20,000 nucleotides of DNA from Chiloscyllium plagiosum. Taxonomy: Eukaryota. Below the pieces are notes generated by a model that worked only from the letters and a program-made list of their open reading frames with translations, had not been told where the DNA came from and ran no database searches. The translations under genes were made by a program, and so were the position numbers. Below, piece by piece: positions 10,335 through 19,795 of the stretch; the stretch's first letter is position 1, and each line of letters begins with the position of its first letter. Location of the stretch: positions 47,953,555 to 47,973,554 of the forward strand of contig NC_057728.1 in assembly GCF_004010195.1 (NCBI RefSeq). The letters are read 5' to 3'.

Positions 10335-11237
10335 ACAAGTTTGCCTCCGATGGAAAAGATTTCATATTTAGATTAGATTCCCTAGAGAGTGTGGAAACAG
10401 GCCCTTGGGCCCAACAAGTCCACACTGACCCTCTGAAGAGTAACCCTCCCAGACCCATTCCCCTACCCTATAATTACCCCTGACCAATGCACCTAACACT
10501 ATGGGCAATTTAGCTTAGCCAATTCACCTAACCTGCACATCTTTGGACTGTGGAAGGAAACCGGAGCACCCAGAGGAAACCCACGCAGATACAGGAAGAA
10601 TGTGAAAACTCCACACAGTTACCCGAGGCTGGAATCTGGATCCCTGACGCTGTGAGATAGCGGTGGTAAGCAGTGAGCCACTGTGCCACCCACTAATTCC
10701 CACTTGAGAAACTTAAGAACAATTTCAAACTGACTCTCCAATGTAACATTGAGGTGGTGCTATAGCGTTGGAGGTGCTGTGTGCTATCTGTATAATTTGC
10801 CTTTAACAGTGTTCACCTTTAAGGAATAATGTGTTTTATTGTTTTAATAAACTAACCCATAGAGTTAATGTGCAGTTCATTGTCAGAACATTATCATTTA
10901 CGTGACACTGTCTTTACGATGAGCTGTTAAAATGAGTCCCTGTGTGTGCCCCATGATAAGATGTAGGAGAACCTATAGTTGTACTGTACTTTGTAGAAGA
11001 GCAGTGAATGTCCCCATAACCAATATTTACCCCTCAATAAATGTCACTATAATTGACTGCCCCTTACCACTCAGCTGTTGTGGGAATTTATAGTGGAAGT
11101 TTCCTACATTATAACAGGACTACACATCAAAAGTACTTAACTGGTTGTAAAGAACATTGGAATGCTCCTAGGACTTAAGTACAGAATAAAGTATAATCAA
11201 TTTTTGAGAAGCACTATATAAGTGCAAATATTTCCTT
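10335..11237 (+). mobile_element. Old Deu-domain SINE (SacSINE1/AmnSINE1-like), interrupted by the HE1 SINE and a ~125 bp insert
   Basis: Ordered motifs recalled from the SacSINE1 consensus: TTGCCTC, CCCACT..AGA.ACTT.AG, GGAGGTGC.GTCTTT..GATGAG..GTTAAA, AGAAGAGCAG, CCAATATTTA.CCCTCAA, GTTTCCTACATTA.AACAG.ACTACAC.TCAAAAGTACTT, and terminal CTATATAA.TGCAA. Confidence 0.72.
10367..10691 (-). mobile_element. Near-full-length HE1/V-type SINE
   Basis: Minus strand GGGTGGCACAGTGGCTCACTG head, core TCTGCGTGGGTTTCCTCTGGGTGCTCCGGTTTCC..CCACAGTCCAAAGATGTGCAGG, CR1-like tail and ATCTA repeats. Confidence 0.9.
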
Positions 11238-11257
11238 AATTATTCCTCAAACATTAT

Positions 11258-11565
11258 TCCGAACCAGAGGACACAGCTTAAAAATACGGGGTAGAACATT
11301 TAGGACAGAAATGAGGAGAAACTTCTTCACCCAGAGAGTGGTGGCTGTGTGGAATGCTCTGCCCCAGAGGGCAATGGAGGCCCAGTCTCTGGATTCATTT
11401 AAGAAAGAGTTGGATAGAGCTCTCAAGGATTGTGGAATCAAGGGTTATGGAGTTAAGGCAGGAACAGGATACTGATTAAGGATGATCAGCCATGATCATA
11501 TTGAATGGTGGTGCAGGCTCGAAGGGCAGAATGGCCTACTCCTGCACTATTGTCTATTGTCTATA
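11258..11565 (+). mobile_element. Young CR1 3' fragment (different subfamily)
   Basis: RTRGHSLKIRGRTFRTEMRRNFFTQRVVAVWNALPQRAMEAQSLDSFKKELDRAL. 3' UTR GGCTCGAAGGGCAGAATGGCCTACTCCTGC with a (CTATTGT)n tail. Confidence 0.9.
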
Positions 11566-11574
11566 AACATACAA

Positions 11575-11705
11575 ATTATTTGGTGTAGGGATAAAAATGT
11601 ACAGGAATAGGTTAGGGGTCTGGGTGGGTTATCCTTCGGAGGGTTGGTGTGGACTTGTTGGGCCAAAATGGCCTGTTTCCAGACCCTAGGGATTCTATGA
11701 ATTCT
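11575..11705 (+). mobile_element. 3' half of an HE1-type SINE
   Basis: GGGTCTGGGTGGGTTA..CTTCGGAGGGTTGGTGTGGACTTGTTGGGCCAAAATGGCCTGTTTCC matches the reverse complement of 10375-10460. Confidence 0.8.
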
Positions 11706-11709
11706 GTTA

Positions 11710-12590
11710 ATTTGGTCCTTTAAGCCTCTTCTGCTATTCAATAAAATCATGGCTGATCTGTTTATATTCCTAATTCCACTTTCCTATCTTTGATCCCCTT
11801 GCATAACAAGGGGCAAAGATAGGGTAGACAGAAAGAAATATTTCCCCTTGTTGGAGAAATCAATATTCAGGGGCATAGATTTAAAGTAAGGGGCAGAAGG
11901 TTTAGAGGAGATGAGAGGAAAAAGACATTTTCATGCAGAGGGTAGTGGGAATCTGGAACTCACTGCCTATAAGGGTAGTAGAGACAGAAACCCTCATGAC
12001 ATTTAAGAAGTATTTAGGTGTGCACCTGATACTAAGGCCTACAAGGTTATGAGCCAGGTGCTGGAAAAGAGTTTGGTGATTGTTTTTTGACCAATGTGGA
12101 CGTGATTGGCCAAAGAGCCTTTCTCTATGGTGTAGAGCTCTGTGACTTTAAGAATCCATCTACTAAGTAGGTGTAAGTTGGGATAAGTTGTGGTAAGTAA
12201 GAATCTATCTACCTCTGCCAAAAACATCAATAATCCTGATTCGACCACCTTTTGAGACACAGAATTCCCAAGTTCCACAACCCTCTGTGAGAAAGTATTT
12301 CCCCTCATCTCTGTCCTAAAGGGGTGAGCCATAATTTTAAAATAATTCCCCAGTTTCAGATCTACCCACAAGAATGAACATTTTTTCCACACCCACCTTA
12401 TCAAGCATGTTCAGGATCTTATTAACTTCAATCAAATCACCCCTTACCCTTCTACTCTGATGAAAACAAGCCTGATTTCTCCAATCTTTCCTCATTAGAC
12501 AAGCAGTTAATTTCAGGTATCAATCTAGTAAATCTCCTCTGAACCACCTCCAACATATACATATTCTTTCTTAAGGAGACCTAAAACTGC
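11710..12590 (-). mobile_element. Old CR1 3' portion split by an opposite-strand CR1 insertion
   Basis: 12197-12590 minus encodes FRTEMRGNTFSQRVVELGNSVSQKVVESG and the GDLIEV region. 11710-11810 is its 3' UTR (ATCAGCCATGAT on the minus strand). Confidence 0.75.
11811..12150 (+). mobile_element. CR1 3' fragment
   Basis: GHRFKVRGRRFRGDERK, QRVVGIWNSLPIRVVETETLMTFKKYL, followed by a CR1-type tail. Confidence 0.8.
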
Positions 12591-13219
12591 AGAGACTTAT
12601 CTTTTAGATCATGAATTTCTATCCGAGCATCATGCTCATTCATGACTCCAGTCTTATCTAATACTCTAGGGGCAAAAAAGCCCTACAGCTGTAAGATCTT
12701 TTGATATAGTATTTGAAATGCTGAAATTTTAGTCTATTTCAGTGAGAAGGAAATGTGGGTGTAAAGCCCAAGGAGAGAAAAACAAGAATTTAGAATGGGT
12801 TTCACAAAAATGGAAATATATACTTCCAGTTATAGTGAAAGTGATTTGTGTTTGCACAGTTACTCAACTGCCATTTTTAATTTGAATAACAAAATCCATA
12901 AGTTGATCAAGAATACAAGGTGTCCAGACAGGTTCTGTGAAGTATCTGTCTTTGTAAAAGTTCGACCATTTGTGACTGATTTATTTGCCATGAAATGTAA
13001 AAGCGTTGCCAGCTGCAAGATTTGTTTGTATTATGTTTCTAATCTTGTAGAGGAATAAGTAAACCCAGATGAGAAACTGAGTTTTTGGGACTTGGCTTTA
13101 TCAGTTTCACTTGGATGATTATATTGCAGGGCTTATTTTAATAGCAAAATACATTTATACCATGCCTTCTTACAAATAAAAAGGGTGAATTAGTTGCTTC
13201 CAGTCAGCACGAAGGATTT

Positions 13220-13520
13220 GAGGACTTGTGGCACAAGCAGTAGTTTCTCCAACTTCTCATCAAGGAGCTCTGGCTTCAAATGTTACCTCAGGAGTTGATG
13301 GCTAAGGTGGTTGGATTCATAATGTCGCCAAATAGGTTGGTTATCAACCTGCAAATCCTTTGAACGCATGCCAATTGCAGTTGGTAAGAGCAGATGAAAT
13401 TCCTGGTCAGGCATGTAATGCAAAGAACATTGGGGCCTCTACCATCACAATCCATTGCTTCAAATTACAACATGCACATAAAAGTGCACACTGCCACAGC
13501 AACTTAGACTCCCTGAGCAA
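13220..13520 (+). mobile_element. Possible old tRNA-derived SINE
   Basis: Degenerate A-box-like GTGGCACAAGCAGTAG and B-box-like GGCTTCAAAT at tRNA-like spacing. Body not assigned to a family. Confidence 0.35.
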
Positions 13521-13591
13521 ACTGTTACACAACCTTTACCTCCTTTTCATGTGAGTTAGTTAGTTGGAAGGGAAAATGTCAGTTTGACTTA

Positions 13592-13675
13592 ACAGCTTCT
13601 CTGCTTCAGAAGGTGTGAGTTCAAACATCACTCCAGGGTTTGAAAACATCATTGAGACTGGTACTTTATTGTGTG
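13592..13675 (+). mobile_element. 5' head fragment of a Deu-SINE (SacSINE1-like)
   Basis: CAGAAGGTGTGAGTTCAAACATCACTCCAGGGTTTGA resembles the recalled head CAGAAGGTTGTGGGTTCAAGTCCCACTCCAGAGACTTGA. Confidence 0.5.
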
Positions 13676-13820
13676 AACATATAGATTATGAGGAAAAGTA
13701 GGTCACTCAGCCGTTGGAGCTTGCTCTGCCATCCAACAAACCTGTGGCTGATCCGATTATTCCATATTCTTACCTATCTCAGATAACTCCTCACCCCATT
13801 GTTTGTCAGGAATCTATGGT
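13676..13820 (-). mobile_element. Old CR1 3' end (host of the PLE; appears to resume at about 15553-15582)
   Basis: AGTAGGTCACTCAGCC...GTGGCTGATC...GAATCTAT, then TCTGCCTGAAAAATATTCA after the PLE. Parallels AAGAATCTATCTACCTCTGCC at 12198. Confidence 0.6.
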
Positions 13821-14338
13821 AAAATCAATGACTGCAGATGCTGGAAACCAGACTTTGGATTACTGGTGCTGGAAGAGCACAGCAGTTCAGGAAGCATCCG
13901 AGGAGCAGTTCGGCCAAACGAATGAGAGTGTCAGTGGAAGGGTACTGTTGGGGACGTCGGGAGAGGAGAAACCGGAGGGCTTGGAGGACCTGGTCATGGT
14001 GGATGGAGGTGTAGAGGGATTGGATATCCATGGTGAAGATGAGGCATTGGGGGCCAGGGAAACGGAAGTCTTGGAGGAGGTGGAGGGCGTGGGTGGTGTC
14101 TCGAAGGTATGTAGGGAGTTCCTGGACTAGGGGGGATAGGACAGTGTCGAGGTAGGTAGAGATGAGTTCAGTGGGGCAGGAGCATGCTGACACAATGGGT
14201 TGGCCTGGCTGGTCAGGCTTGTGGATCTTGGGAAGGAGGTAGAACCGAGCAGTGTGGGGTTCCCGGACTATGAGGTTGGAAGCTGTGGGTGGGAGATCTC
14301 CTGAGGTGATGAAGTTCTGTATGGTCTGGGAGATGATG

Positions 14339-14824
14339 NNNNNNNNNNNNNNNNNNNNNNNNNNNNNNNNNNNNNNNNNNNNNNNNNNNNNNNNNNNNNN
14401 NNNNNNNNNNNNNNNNNNNNNNNNNNNNNNNNNNNNNNNNNNNNNNNNNNNNNNNNNNNNNNNNNNNNNNNNNNNNNNNNNNNNNNNNNNNNNNNNNNNN
14501 NNNNNNNNNNNNNNNNNNNNNNNNNNNNNNNNNNNNNNNNNNNNNNNNNNNNNNNNNNNNNNNNNNNNNNNNNNNNNNNNNNNNNNNNNNNNNNNNNNNN
14601 NNNNNNNNNNNNNNNNNNNNNNNNNNNNNNNNNNNNNNNNNNNNNNNNNNNNNNNNNNNNNNNNNNNNNNNNNNNNNNNNNNNNNNNNNNNNNNNNNNNN
14701 NNNNNNNNNNNNNNNNNNNNNNNNNNNNNNNNNNNNNNNNNNNNNNNNNNNNNNNNNNNNNNNNNNNNNNNNNNNNNNNNNNNNNNNNNNNNNNNNNNNN
14801 NNNNNNNNNNNNNNNNNNNNNNNN
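14339..14824. other. Assembly gap (486 N)
   Basis: Run of N inside the PLE, adjacent to a tandem-repeat region. Confidence 1.
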
Positions 14825-14945
14825 CGGAAGTGGTGGCAGACACGGCAGTAGGGGTGGCGGAAGTCACTGAGGGTGTGGCATCGGCGATGATGTGAGGGGC
14901 GGAAGTGGCTGTGGGAGTGGCCATGATGGGGGCGGAAGTGACATC
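14825..14945 (+). repeat. Tandem GGCGGAAGT-containing repeats (Thr/Ala/Pro-rich linker of the PLE ORF)
   Basis: CGGAAGT at about 14825, 14858, 14900 and 14933. Minus strand encodes VTSAP..ATSAP..VTSATP..TTS. Confidence 0.8.
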
Positions 14946-15587
14946 ATCAATCAGCGTGGGGGTGGTAGCTGCATCAGCCGCATGGCTAATGGTGTTTCCG
15001 AGGCCAGGGGAATCTTCTGGAATGTTTGAGGAGCGCTGGTTATGGAGGTGGGTGGATAAAAGTTTGTTGTACTTACAGTTTTTGATGTTTGAGATGGAAT
15101 TGAAATACTGTTTGTTGAGAGTATGAATTCTCCTGAGGATGTAGTACAGAGTGGGTCCTTTGCAATTCTGAGAGAGTGTGGCCCTCAGCTGAGGCAGGGC
15201 AGACTGTAGAGAGGTTAGGTACCGGCGCATTGCTGCAAGCGTGGAGCAAAGGATCTTGAAGGAGAACTGTTGCTGGTGTTTTTGAATCTGTAATCTGTAC
15301 TGTTTGTCCTGTTTGGGTCCGAATTCTGCTGGTTTAAAGGTGTTCCGGAGTCTGTGTGGGATGAGTTGGTTACGGAGGCAGGCACTGAGGAAGCAAATGT
15401 GGCTGTGGTCGCGAGTTTGTTTCAGGACATGGTTGAAGAGCTTCAGGGCAGAGGAAATGACCTGGGAGTTGCAGTGGGAGAGGGACTCCCTGAGATTCTT
15501 GTAGAGGGAGGAGGAAACCTTCTTCAAGGCAGGCATCCTTGCAAGAGGATTCATCTGCCTGAAAAATATTCAGACCCTGCTCATAAG

Positions 15588-15645
15588 ATTGTGGTCGGCA
15601 TGGATTGGTCGGACTGAAGGGGCTGTTTTCATACCGTATGACTTA
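15588..15645 (+). mobile_element. Short CR1 3' tail fragment
   Basis: GGTCGGCATGGATTGGTCGGACTGAAGGGGCTGTTTTCATACCGTATGACT resembles 8820-8885. Confidence 0.65.
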
Positions 15646-16314
15646 GTTCTGTCAGACAAGCCAATGTTCATTTGAAATCAACTTTGCTTAGATGTATCCA
15701 AAAGATTTCTCTCGTGCAAGCTGAAGATAACACGCACCATCACTTAATGTCCTGTTTCTTCTTCCTTCAACCAACATTGGTACTAACCAAAGGATCGTGA
15801 TAAAGGAAAAGAAACTATAGGAACAGCACAATGGAGAAATTGATTTGCCTGCATTTAAAGCTCATTAAATGACATTAATATTTCCTGTTTGTGTAGCCTT
15901 GATTTGGCTGCTATTTTGACTGCATTGCACTTCAGTTTTGGAACGGAGAGGCAATTCCTTTCTTAAGAAGTCAAGTCTCCATGTCTTGCAATCATTGGAA
16001 CTCATCAGGCTTTGTTAAGATAAGGATACTGTACATCTGCAGCGTCACTTCCAATCACAACGGCTGATTCAACTGCTGTGAAAGGCAGCTGTAAGTAATA
16101 TATAATTCCATCAGAAATACCTTGTGTGTGTCACACTTTTTCTTGTGATTCTGTTCTGAATTTTTTTAATGTACATACTATACAAAATTACCCTGACTGA
16201 GAATGAATGCCTTTCCTTTCATTTCAGTGCATTTCTCCATTATGAATTTAAAATAATTTACTTATAACTTCCTTTTCTTTTGGGTATTGTCATTGGATCA
16301 CTAACCTCAGAAAC

Positions 16315-17268
16315 ATCATAGAGATAGAGATGTACTGCACGGAAACAGACCCTTTGGTCCAACTCGTCCATGCTGACCAGATATCCTAACCCAATCTAGT
16401 CCCACCTGCCAGCACCCAGCTCATATCCCTCCAAACCCTTCCTATTCATATACCCATCTATATGCCTTTTAAATGTTGCAATTGTACCAGCCTCCACCAC
16501 TTCCTCTGGCAGCTCATTCCATACACGTACCACCTTTTGAGTGAAAAAGTTGCCTCTTAGGTTTATTTTATATCTTTCCCCCCTCACCCTAAACCTATGC
16601 CCTCTAGTTCTGGACTCCCCCACCCCAGGGAAAAAGTTTTGTCTATTTATCCTTTCCATGCCCCTCATGATTTTATAAACCTCTATAAGGTCACCCCTCA
16701 GCCTCTGACGCTCCAGGGAAAACAGCCCCAGCCTATTCAATCTCTCCCTATAGCTCAAATCCTCCAACCCTGGCAACATCCTTGTAAATCTTTTCTGAAC
16801 ACTTTCAAGTTTCACATCTTTCAGATAGGAAGGTTCACTATCCTATCTACCTGCGACTCCACTTTCAAGGAACTATGAACCTGCACTCCAAGGTCTTTTT
16901 GTTCCGCAACGTTCCCAAGGACCTTACCATTAAGTGTATAAGTCCTGCTAAGATTTACTTTCCCAAAATGCAGCACCTCACAGTTATCTAAATTAAACTC
17001 CATCTGTCATATCTCAGCCCATTGGCCCATCTGATCAAGATCCCTTTGTAATCTGAGGTAACCTCCTTCACTGTCCACTATACCTCCAATTTTGGTGTCA
17101 TCTGCAAACTTACTAACTATACCTCTTATGCTCGCATCCAAATCATTTATATAAATGATGAAAAGTATTGGACCCAGCACTGATCCTTGTGGCATTCCAC
17201 TGGTCACAGGCCTCCAGTCTGAAAAACTACCCTCCACCACCACCCCCTGTCTTCTACCTGTGAGCCAA
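16315..17268 (-). mobile_element. Young 5'-truncated CR1 (HER1-like): RT core to 3' end, with an internal deletion at about 16830
   Basis: SDWRPVTSGMPQGSVLGPILFIIYINDLD...SKFADDTKIGG...QW..*QMEFN...DLGVQV, then a jump to KLESVQKRFTRMLPGL...AGRWD*. Tail CTCTATCTCTATGA. Same subfamily as 8372-8893. Confidence 0.95.
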
Positions 17269-17410
17269 ATGTGTTGAAAAGTTGGTTATTGTCGACAATA
17301 TGGGTACTTTTCTGACTGATTCAGCAAGAAACCAGGATTCCTTTTAATACATTATGTGATTTTGAGTTCCACATTGGGAAATTACCCAGGCTTATAAATG
17401 TTTTAATGTA

Positions 17411-17485
17411 GATTAGATTAGATTAGATTAGATTAGATTAGATTAGATTAGATTAGATTACATTACATTACATTACATTACATTA
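17411..17485 (+). repeat. Compound microsatellite (GATTA)10(CATTA)5 forming the SINE tail
   Basis: Counted directly: GATTA at 17411-17460 and CATTA at 17461-17485. Confidence 0.97.
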
Positions 17486-17680
17486 CAGTGTGGAAACAGG
17501 CCCTTCGGCCCAACAAGTCCACACCGACCCGCCGAACTGTAACCCACCCATACCCCTACATTTTACTCCTTACCTAACACTTACGGGCAATTTAGCATGG
17601 CCAATTCACCCAACCTGCACACCTTTGGACTGTGGGAGGAAACCCACGCAGACACGGGGAGAACGTGCTGCCCACCGTGT
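17486..17680 (-). mobile_element. Internally deleted HE1-type SINE
   Basis: CAGTGTGGAAACAGGCCCTTCGGCCCAACAAGTCCACACCGACC...GGCAATTTAGCATGGCCAATTCACC...GGACTGTGGGAGGAAACCCACGCAGACACGG. Most of the tRNA head is missing. Confidence 0.88.
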
Positions 17681-18444
17681 AACCCATTCTGATGTCATAA
17701 AAATGCATTCAAAGATGCAGGAGATACAGCGCTGGTTTGATTGAAAAATTGGAAATGAGAAAGGGCCATAAAACAGCAGAAATATGACTTTAGGTCCCAT
17801 TACTCTTAAAAACCTCTGTTTTAAAATTATAGCCCATGCAGAACTCTGTAACTGCGAATAATGATACTCTGGAGTTGTTCCCACAAGGAGACAGTGAGGC
17901 TATGTTAATGAACAACAGCAGGTTTGGTAACAATTCCACTAAATCAATACAAAAACTGAGGAAACTTGGGGATAGTGCAAAAACTAGCCTGAGTCAATTA
18001 TACATGAATTTCCTTGATTTTTTTTTCAATTGAAACTGACATTGCTGTTGTTTCAGTATAAATTACCAGGAAAATCTCAGCCAAAATTATGAAAGCAGAA
18101 TATCCAAGGAAATTAAGAGCTCTCAGTTTTAATTTTTCATGCTAGATTTTTTGATGAAAATTTCTTTTTTACTTTTTCTTTCTTCTTTTCTGCCTTTCCT
18201 ATTTCAACTATTTGCCACAATCTAACCCCTTCATTCTTTTTTGTGGACAAGACTTACTTCAGATCCTAGGCTGAGTAGCTGCTGCAATAAATGAAATAAT
18301 ATTTAAATCGTGCACAAAAAATACATAGCAACAATATTTGGTACATTTAAAAAATCGAGTCAATACATTATCAAAGGAAGTTCCTGTATCATGTAAGTGT
18401 ATTCAACAGGAATGTGCATGTATCACCCACAATCAGAGTTTTGT

Positions 18445-18678
18445 ATCACGGAAACCGATCCTTTGGTTCAACTTGTTCAGATATCCTAAACTGATATACT
18501 CCATTTGGCCCATATCTCTCTAAACCCTTCCTACTCATGTACCCTTGAAAATGTCTTTTAAATGACATAATTGTACCCACCCCCACCACTTCCTTTGGTA
18601 GCTCTTTCCATGCATGGCCACCCTCTGTATGGGTGAATTGAACATCGTATTCAAAAACTGGCCTCACCAATGTCCTCA
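18445..18678 (-). mobile_element. Decayed CR1 3' fragment with deletions
   Basis: WKELPKEVVGVGTIMSFKRHFQGYMSRKGLERYGPN is homologous to 16396-16530. Also RTLVRPVFEYDVQF (LVRP.LEYCVQF motif). Confidence 0.8.
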
Positions 18679-19795
18679 TCATTTCCTCATCAGGAACTGC
18701 AGATAACATTCTAACTGTCATGAGTGCTAATAATACTGCAATGCATAAGCAAGTGAATTTAATCAACAAATTTATGAGGCAAACTGCTCTAATTAGCACT
18801 TTATCAAACTTCAATGCAATTATTACACAGAATTGCTTCCTGGTTATGGTGTAGTAATATTATTTGCAAGATTTTAACTAATTTGCTACATCCCCAGAGA
18901 GAAATACCACAATGATCTTTGTGATTTCCTCATTGTATTTAAAAGTAGCCATATTGCCTGGAAAAGAGAAAATACCTTTTTGATATAATGTACTGCATGA
19001 CAGTAAAAACTGTTAGCATGGGGTTCCTGGCAAAAGTTTCCAAAATTACTTAAAGTCCAGCAACATAACTAAACAATAAAACAGGCATTTCTCCTCTTCT
19101 GGTGAGACAACCCAAGCAAACTAATATCCTAACTTTGTTTTTCCAGATGTTGGTCTTTTTCTAATCTTGAGTCTAATTTTGAGGCTTTATTGCTATTCTT
19201 GTTAGCATTCCTTTTCGTACTGCTTTCCCCCAGAGAAGTGAGGCAAGCAAGAGCTCAGACCACAGTAATGATTGCAGCATTGACAATCTGCCAGTCAGGA
19301 TATAATCCATCAAGTATATATGGTGTCAAATAACTCCAGACCAAAATCCAACAGAATGCTTCACGAAATCTTACGAATGACAACTGTGAAGTTGAAATGA
19401 TTGATGGTTATCAGGTGAAGTTGAATTACAGTTTGTAAATTGTCAGCAATGTCTAGTATTTATAATATTTACAGACCCTTTGTTTAACAGTTGATGAGTC
19501 CTGGGTTCTTGAATTTTGTTGCAATTGGTATGCTTGGTAATTATAGCTGTATGGTTTAGGATGTCATAGAATGTTACTTTCAGGATTTAGATCAGTGATA
19601 ATAGGCCAAGATGTTTTCAGTAAGAAACTGGAAACCAATTCATCGAACTGAAGATGTGAGATTTTTCTTACTTTGTACCACCTTCAATATACACACCTTA
19701 TATTATTTAAGATTGGCTTCTGCTGCATGATGAATGGTTTAGCTGAAAATGAACTGGAGTTAGTTCCATATTATGGGTTGGGTATAAGACAGCAT

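Larger units (their letters stand above)
13822..15553 (-). mobile_element. Penelope-like retroelement, internally deleted: N-terminal ORF, partial RT and 3' terminus
   Basis: Open N-terminal frame MPALKKV...HICFLSACLRNQLIP... (15536-14825). After the gap: IISQTIQNFITSGDLPPTASNLIVREPHTARFYLLPKIHKPDQPGQPIVSACSCPTE...FTMDIQSLYTSI...LIRLAEL (PLE RT motifs). This joins directly to the non-coding terminus at about 13905. Confidence 0.9.

Noticed and set aside
13714..14130. 138-aa plus-strand ORF
   Set aside because: Antisense shadow of the PLE RT.
14252..15554. 428-aa and 199-aa ORFs read through the N gap
   Set aside because: Continuity and frame across the gap are unknown. The real RT frame after the gap differs from the frame shown.
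17411..17485. CRISPR-like or telomeric array
   Set aside because: Simple pentanucleotide microsatellite without spacers; not TTAGGG.
17836..18033. 65-aa ORF/possible exon (NSVTANNDTLELFPQGDSEAMLMNNS)
   Set aside because: Poor pyrimidine tract, weak donor, no recognisable homology.
19234..19414. Strong plus-strand acceptor (TGCTTTCCCCCAG) and CAG|GTGAAG donor
   Set aside because: All three frames contain stops; could only be non-coding, with no further support.
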